A DNA stretch of 64,000 nt from an uncultured Planctomycetales bacterium (lineage in GTDB: Bacteria; Omnitrophota; Gorgyraeia; Gygaellales; Profunditerraquicolaceae). The notes under the pieces were generated by a model. That model saw only the letters and a list, made by a program, of their open reading frames with translations. It did not search any database and was not told the DNA's origin. Each line of letters starts with the position of its first letter. Position 1 is the first letter of the stretch. The translations under genes and the position numbers were made by a program. This document shows positions 57,818 to 64,000 of this stretch, one piece after another. Location: the NCBI GenBank assembly GCA_964354795.1, contig CAYHBB010000016.1, forward strand, positions 4,084 to 68,083, in the 5' to 3' direction.

Positions 57818-57950
57818 AGCCCACAACTTATGGAACGCCTGCCGAAGGCAGGCAGTGAACATAAGTTGTTTGGGCGAATTAATCCCGTCGAATGCGCCAA
57901 AAATTATGAAATAATTTTTGGCAGCGTTTATGAGACGGGATAAATATATT
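57818..57950. repeat. two structured intergenic hairpin elements
   Basis: GCCCACAACTTATG..CCTGCCgaagGCAGGC..CATAAGTTGTTTGGGC; then CCCGTC-GAAT-GCGCCAAAAATTATGAAATAATTTTTGGCAGCG-TTTATGA-GACGGG (homologue of 36963..37035). Confidence 0.4.
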
Positions 57951-57960
57951 ATGTCCTCAC

Positions 57961-58161
57961 TTATTTTTTCCCATACTTCTTCATAAACTTATCTATACGG
58001 CCGGCGGAATCAACCAGCTTATGCTTTCCGGTGAAAAACGGATGGCACTTGGAGCAGATCTCAACCCGGATACTCGGCTTAGTTGAACGGGTGTGGATCG
58101 TCTCGCCGCAGGCGCAAACAATCGTGGCTTCTTTGTAGTTTGGGTGGATTTTCTCTTTCAT
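57961..58161 (-). CDS. rpmE: 50S ribosomal protein L31
   Basis: [29 protein letters not shown]...[11 protein letters not shown]. Confidence 0.9.
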   Translation of the reverse strand: MKEKIHPNYKEATIVCACGETIHTRSTKPSIRVEICSKCHPFFTGKHKLVDSAGRIDKFMKKYGKK

Positions 58162-58164
58162 TAT

Positions 58165-58286
58165 TTCCTCCTAAATTTACCCGCTATTACGGGTAGGTAA
58201 ATTACCCCGCAGCCTGCCCCAAAAATATCGAAGACTCCCTTGTGGGGCCGAAGAGATTTTTGGGGCGTTTAGGCAAGGGGTTATTC
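58165..58286. repeat. hairpin elements between rho and rpmE
   Basis: AATTTACCCG-CTATTA-CGGGTAGGTAAATT and CCCCAAAAAT...ATTTTTGGGG (29-nt loop). Confidence 0.35.
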
Positions 58287-59530
<1,244 letters not shown>

Positions 59531-59552
<22 letters not shown>

Positions 59553-60154
59553 AACAACACTCTCCTTATTTCATCTACCTGTTTCTTTGTTTGCGCTAAA
59601 CTACCGTCATTATCTATTACAAAATCCGCAATGGATATCTTTTTCTTAAGTTTGATTTGTGAGTTTATGCGTTTTAATATACCGGCTCTATCTAGTGAAC
59701 ACCTCCTTTGGAGCCTTTTTACCTGGTTGATTTGATTAGCCGTAACCACCACAACTTTATCTACTTGCCTTTGCAGCCCTGCCTCGATCAAAAGCGGCGC
59801 ATCCAGGACTACCAATCCGGATTTAGCGGCCCTGACCCTACGCCTGATCTCACGGATCACCTCAGGATGGATGATGCTGTTTAATTTAAGCAGCCTGCGG
59901 TGGTCGTCAAAGACCACCTCCCCCAGGCGCCTGCGATCAATTGTCTTATTTACGCAGAGTACGCCTTTGCCGAATATAGAAATTATTTTTTTGTACGCCG
60001 CGCTCCCCGGACGCAGGCACTCATGAGCCAGAGAATCTGCGTCAATAACGCAGGCACCACTTTTCTTAAAGATTCCGGCGACAGTACTTTTGCCGCTGCC
60101 GAAACTTCCGGTGATTCCGATTACAACCTTAAATCTTCGCTTTTGCCTTGGCAT
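59531..60154 (-). CDS. coaE: dephospho-CoA kinase
   Basis: [19 protein letters not shown]-loop at N-terminus, about 200 aa. Confidence 0.8.
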
Positions 60155-60159
60155 ATAGC

Positions 60160-60273
60160 TTTACGTATTCCGCTCCCCTTAAGCGGCTACCCCCAACTTT
60201 AAAGGTAAAGTTGGGGTGCCGTCCAGAAAGGACGCACCCAGCTTCCTTTTAGCTGGGGTGCCGCCTTCTGCGG
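60160..60273. repeat. REP-like hairpin cluster
   Basis: CCCCAACTTTAAAGGTAAAGTTGGGG; GTCC-AGAAA-GGAC; CACCCAGCT-TCCTTTT-AGCTGGGGTG; flanking CGGCTAC repeats. Confidence 0.45.
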
Positions 60274-63200
60274 CTACTTACCAATTTTTTTGACCCGCAA
60301 TATATGGGCGGGCGTTACGGCAGGATCGAGTTCGACATAGTTCCACTCGCCCTTCCAAGCAAAAGTCTTTTTGCTTAATAAATCCTCGACTTCATAATAG
60401 TCATCGGCCGACAAGCCGAGGTCTTCTAACGGCACGCTTACCAGGCCCGCATGCGTATTGTGCGGGTCGACATTCACAACAGTCAAGATCACATTTGACA
60501 GATCCTCGGTGGCCTTCACGTAAGAAAGCATGTTTGGGTTATTCGTTTCCCTGACGCTTATATTGTTTGTCTCCTGAAGCGCCGGGTTCTCCTTCCTGAT
60601 CTTGTTTATAAGGGTGATTTCTTTCTTGATATTGCCCGCAGCGTTCAGATCCCAATCTTTCAGTTCGTACTTTTCGTTGTTTGCATACTCTTCTTTCCCC
60701 GGATAGGGCTCGTTCTGGCATGTTATATAAGCACCCCCGTATATCCCGTAATTCGAAGAAATGGTCCCGGCAAGGACGAGCCGTATGATAAAAGCGCTCC
60801 TGCCGCCTTTCTGCAGGTACTCATGCAGGATATCGGGAGTATTCGGCCAGAAATTCGGCCTGAAAAACTCGGCGGAGGCGGTCTTCGTCAGGTCATTGAT
60901 ATATTCGGCAAGCTCATTCTTTGTATTTCTCCAGGTAAAGTAAGTGTATGACTGTGAAAAACCGATTTTGGCAAGCATGTTCATCATCTTAGGCCTGGTG
61001 AACGCCTCGGCAAGAAAGAGCGCGTCCGGGTATTCTTTTTTCACCTCAGCTATCACCCATTCCCAGAAGGCGATCGGTTTTGTGTGGGGATTATCCACCC
61101 TGAATATCCTCACCCCCCTTTCCGCCCAGAAAATAAAGATGGATTTTAGCTCTTCCCACAGCTCCTTCCAGTTGTCCGTCCTGAAATTAAAAGGCACGAT
61201 ATCTTCATATTTCTTCGGGGGATTTTCAGCGTATTGGATAGTCTTGTCCGGCCTCCATAAGAACCACTCAGGGTGCTCTTTGATATACGGGTGGTCATTT
61301 GAACACTGGAAAGCGATATCAAGGGCTATTTCCATCCCGTATTTTTCGGCCTTGGCGACCAGTGAGGCAAAGTCATCAAACGTACCCAGCTGGGGATGTA
61401 TTGCCTTATGCCCGCCCACTTTTGCTCCCACTGCCCAGGGGCTGCCCGGATCTAGAGCTGCCGCTTTGAGAGAATTATTCCTCCCCTTCCTGTTCCCGGC
61501 CCCTATGGGATGGATGGGCGGCAAATATAGGACATCAAAGCCCATACCCGCGATTTCCGGGATCAGCTTTTCGCAATCTTTAAAGGTCCCGTGCCTGCCG
61601 GAGGAGCCCGAAGTTGAACGGGGGAAGATCTCATACCAGGTGCTAAACATTGCCCTGTTCCTCTCCACTTTCACTTCGAGTTCGTTGTGATATTGCGCGA
61701 TAAGGGCCTTTTCGGGATATTTTTTCATGACCTCAAGGAGTTCAGTGCTTAGGGCTGCCTTTATCCCATCCTTGCCCTTATGCTTGATTTTTTCAATATA
61801 CCCGGACAATTTTTTTCTGTCTTTATCTTGCGCCCTTGCCAGCGTTTCTTCTATGAGGGAAACGCCTATTAAAAGGTCTACGGCAACATCCTGACTTACT
61901 GCGATCTTTTTCTCAAGGTCATTCTGCCATGTCTTAAAATGGTCGATCCAGGAGCGTATCGTATAAAAGTAGGTTCCTTCTTTCTCGATCTTAAAATCCC
62001 CGAACCATTCGTCGTTATATTTTAGGGTTAGTTCAATTTCTTGCCAAGTTTTATCCGAAGCGTGGCAATAATATAGATATGCCGCCTTCTCATCGTGCCC
62101 GTCTGAAATAATATGGGCTTTTACATTCACGCGCTGCCCGGGCACTCTTTTTATCGGATATTTTCCATTGTCCACCTCAGGCAGGACCTTTTCAATAGTC
62201 ACCCGCTGCTTGCCTAAGATATCCGCCGCGCTCTTTTTCTCAATAAGGTGCTTATAAAAATCAAGTGTCTCTTCGGCAATGCTTTTCCAGCTGAAAAATT
62301 CCACTACCCGCTGCCTGGATCTGAGCCCCATGCTTTTGAGTTTATCGGGGGAGTCTATGATCGAATTGATGGCGAAAGCCAGGTCCTGCGAGAATTTTTC
62401 CGGCTCAACTGGCTCAAAGTCATTCGCGCCTTTGGGTTTGATCGGCACCAGAAACCCTGTCTCACCAGGGACTACGACTTCAGGGATACCTCCCACTTTT
62501 GTCGCGACTACCGGGGTCTCGCATGCCATTGCTTCGATATTGATCATACCGAAAGGCTCGTAAACCGAGGGGCATACAAAAAGCGCTGCCTGCGAATAAA
62601 GCGCTATTGTATCTTCCCTGGAGACCATCTCCTCTATCCATATGACTTTATTTTTTGTTTCCTTTCTGACTTTGCTGACCCTGACTTTCATCTCCTCGGC
62701 AATTTCTTTGGTGTCGGGTGCCCCCGCGCATAAAACCACCTGATGCCCCGCCTTGATGTGCTTAATGGCGTTGACCAGATGGATGATCCCTTTTTGCCTG
62801 GCGATCCTACCGACAAAAAGTATATACGGGATCTTCGGGTCTATTTTATATTTATCAAGGACCGCCTTGTCCCTGACCGGCTTGTAAAGGTTTAAGTCAA
62901 TGCCGTTATAAATCACTCTGATCCTGTCAGAAGGCACGCCATATAGGTCCCTGACATCTTTTCTCATTGCCTTGGAGACCGCTATGACGCCGTCAGCGTT
63001 TTGATAAGCGGTCTTTTCAATCCAGGAACTCGCGTTATAGGCGGTGCCGAGCTGCTCGAATTTCCACGGCCGGTGCGGCTCCAGGGAATGGGTCGTCAGG
63101 ACAAGGGGGACGTTTAGCAGCTGTTTTATCAGCATACCCGCGAAATGGCTGTACCAGGTGTGGCAATGCACTATATCGACACCGTCAAGCTGGCCTGAAA

Positions 63201-63453
63201 TGATGATGTCTTTGAGCATGGCGTCCAGGAACTTCTTGTGCCGCTCGTCCTTGACCGGGAAATCATACTGGGCGTTGACTCCCTCCACGCTTAAGTTGCC
63301 CCTCGCAGCCTTCTGGTTTCCAAAACAAAAGACTTTAACCGTGTGCGCGCCGTTATCCAGCTTGGAAAGTTCGCGGGTCAGATGTTCAACATGAACACCG
63401 GCGCCGCCATATATATTCGGAGGGTATTCGTTTGTCAGGATGGCTATTTTCAT
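60274..63453 (-). CDS. fusion protein: N-terminal GT4 glycosyltransferase (GlgM-like maltose-1-phosphate synthase) + C-terminal GlgE alpha-1,4-glucan:maltose-1-phosphate maltosyltransferase
   Basis: Start at MKIAILTNEYPPNIYGGAGVHVEHL (GT4 N-terminus). GT4 C-terminal PVVATKVGGIPEVV. After a linker: GlgE-type DUF3416 region (PGQRVNVKAHIISDGHD...) and catalytic core (STWYEIFPRS, GFDVLYLPPIHPIG, GH13 motifs). Single 1059-aa ORF. Confidence 0.7.
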   Translation of the reverse strand: MKIAILTNEYPPNIYGGAGVHVEHLTRELSKLDNGAHTVKVFCFGNQKAARGNLSVEGVNAQYDFPVKDERHKKFLDAMLKDIIISGQLDGVDIVHCHTWYSHFAGMLIKQLLNVPLVLTTHSLEPHRPWKFEQLGTAYNASSWIEKTAYQNADGVIAVSKAMRKDVRDLYGVPSDRIRVIYNGIDLNLYKPVRDKAVLDKYKIDPKIPYILFVGRIARQKGIIHLVNAIKHIKAGHQVVLCAGAPDTKEIAEEMKVRVSKVRKETKNKVIWIEEMVSREDTIALYSQAALFVCPSVYEPFGMINIEAMACETPVVATKVGGIPEVVVPGETGFLVPIKPKGANDFEPVEPEKFSQDLAFAINSIIDSPDKLKSMGLRSRQRVVEFFSWKSIAEETLDFYKHLIEKKSAADILGKQRVTIEKVLPEVDNGKYPIKRVPGQRVNVKAHIISDGHDEKAAYLYYCHASDKTWQEIELTLKYNDEWFGDFKIEKEGTYFYTIRSWIDHFKTWQNDLEKKIAVSQDVAVDLLIGVSLIEETLARAQDKDRKKLSGYIEKIKHKGKDGIKAALSTELLEVMKKYPEKALIAQYHNELEVKVERNRAMFSTWYEIFPRSTSGSSGRHGTFKDCEKLIPEIAGMGFDVLYLPPIHPIGAGNRKGRNNSLKAAALDPGSPWAVGAKVGGHKAIHPQLGTFDDFASLVAKAEKYGMEIALDIAFQCSNDHPYIKEHPEWFLWRPDKTIQYAENPPKKYEDIVPFNFRTDNWKELWEELKSIFIFWAERGVRIFRVDNPHTKPIAFWEWVIAEVKKEYPDALFLAEAFTRPKMMNMLAKIGFSQSYTYFTWRNTKNELAEYINDLTKTASAEFFRPNFWPNTPDILHEYLQKGGRSAFIIRLVLAGTISSNYGIYGGAYITCQNEPYPGKEEYANNEKYELKDWDLNAAGNIKKEITLINKIRKENPALQETNNISVRETNNPNMLSYVKATEDLSNVILTVVNVDPHNTHAGLVSVPLEDLGLSADDYYEVEDLLSKKTFAWKGEWNYVELDPAVTPAHILRVKKIGK

Positions 63454-63475
63454 CTTCTTCTTGGCATCGCGATCT

Positions 63476-64000
63476 TCATGCCGGCTCCATTTCCAGCCAG
63501 TTGTCCCCGGCCTTGACATCCACCTTTACTGGGACATCCAGCTTAAGCACGTTCTCCATGCGCTCTCTGACCAGCGCGGTCAGCTCCTCGAGCTCCGCTT
63601 TCTCAACGTCAAAAAGCAGCTCATCATGTATCTGCAGGATCATTTTTGACTTGAGCTTTCTGACTTTAAACTCTTTATGTATATCGATCATCGCCAACTT
63701 TATCAGGTCAGAGGCTGAGCCCTGTATCGGAGTATTTACTGCCTGCCTTTCGGCAAACTGGCGCAGCATCATATTCTTGCTGAGGATCTCCGGGACATAC
63801 CTGCGCCGGCCCATGATAGTGGTGACAAACCCATCGTTTTTCGCCCGCTCGATTTGGCCATCAATATAATCTTTAACTTGCGGATAGGTAACGAAATAAG
63901 CATCAATAAACCCCTGTGCTTCCTCTAATCCGATGCCTAAATCCCGGCTTAAACCGTAGGAAGTAAGGCCATAGACTATCCCGAAATTCACTCTCTTAGC
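63476..64000 (-). CDS. polA: DNA polymerase I, C-terminal part (gene start beyond window end)
   Basis: Family-A polymerase motifs (VNTPIQGSASDLIKLAM, LQIHDELLFD); frame open to position 64000. Confidence 0.85.
   Translation of the reverse strand, partial: AKRVNFGIVYGLTSYGLSRDLGIGLEEAQGFIDAYFVTYPQVKDYIDGQIERAKNDGFVTTIMGRRRYVPEILSKNMMLRQFAERQAVNTPIQGSASDLIKLAMIDIHKEFKVRKLKSKMILQIHDELLFDVEKAELEELTALVRERMENVLKLDVPVKVDVKAGDNWLEMEPA

Noticed and set aside
60944-61690. 248-aa plus-strand ORF
   Set aside because: Antisense within the GlgE domain of the fusion gene.

Overview
Most of the coding sequence is on the minus strand and looks like a diderm bacterium of uncertain phylum. Two different small secreted genes each end in a rho-independent terminator on the minus strand. 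No tRNA, rRNA, CRISPR array or transposase was recognised by eye. The window falls into five regions.

1. 1..7.2 kb, a RiPP-type operon. It holds two paralogous precursor peptides with nitrile-hydratase-like (NHLP) leaders and Trp/Cys-rich tails, plus a third 58-aa precursor-like ORF that is not in the ORF track. Four radical SAM enzymes sit among them; three carry SPASM Cys clusters and one is cut off at position 1. A signal-less S8 subtilase and a GAF protein complete the operon.
2. 7.5..13.1 kb. A caspase-like (C14) lipoprotein and a FecR-like secreted protein are followed by a second peptide-modification module: a Cys-rich 66-aa peptide, a radical SAM/SPASM enzyme, a 59-aa peptide and an ATP-grasp ligase. 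This arrangement matches what I recall being described as GRASP-with-SPASM.
3. 13.3..25.9 kb, a secretome island. It includes a serpin, a chagasin-like lipoprotein, a Het-C-like protein, a GT2 processive synthase beside a TPR/beta-barrel exporter, and several short signal-peptide proteins. Five of the genes are preceded by copies of one promoter-plus-hairpin cassette.
4. 25.9..42 kb. Housekeeping and envelope genes: RND efflux operon, galT, mazG, ispH, plsC, cspA, an alpha-glucan phosphorylase and a HAMP-PP2C phosphatase.
5. 43.6..64 kb. A T2SS/T4P-like operon is followed by trpGDCF, murA, prmC, prfA, rpmE, rho, coaE, a GT4-GlgE fusion (candidate single-polypeptide GlgM-GlgE alpha-glucan pathway) and the 3' end of polA. 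A family of GC-rich hairpin (REP-like) repeats with a conserved TTATAGGAAA-type loop is scattered in the intergenic regions here.
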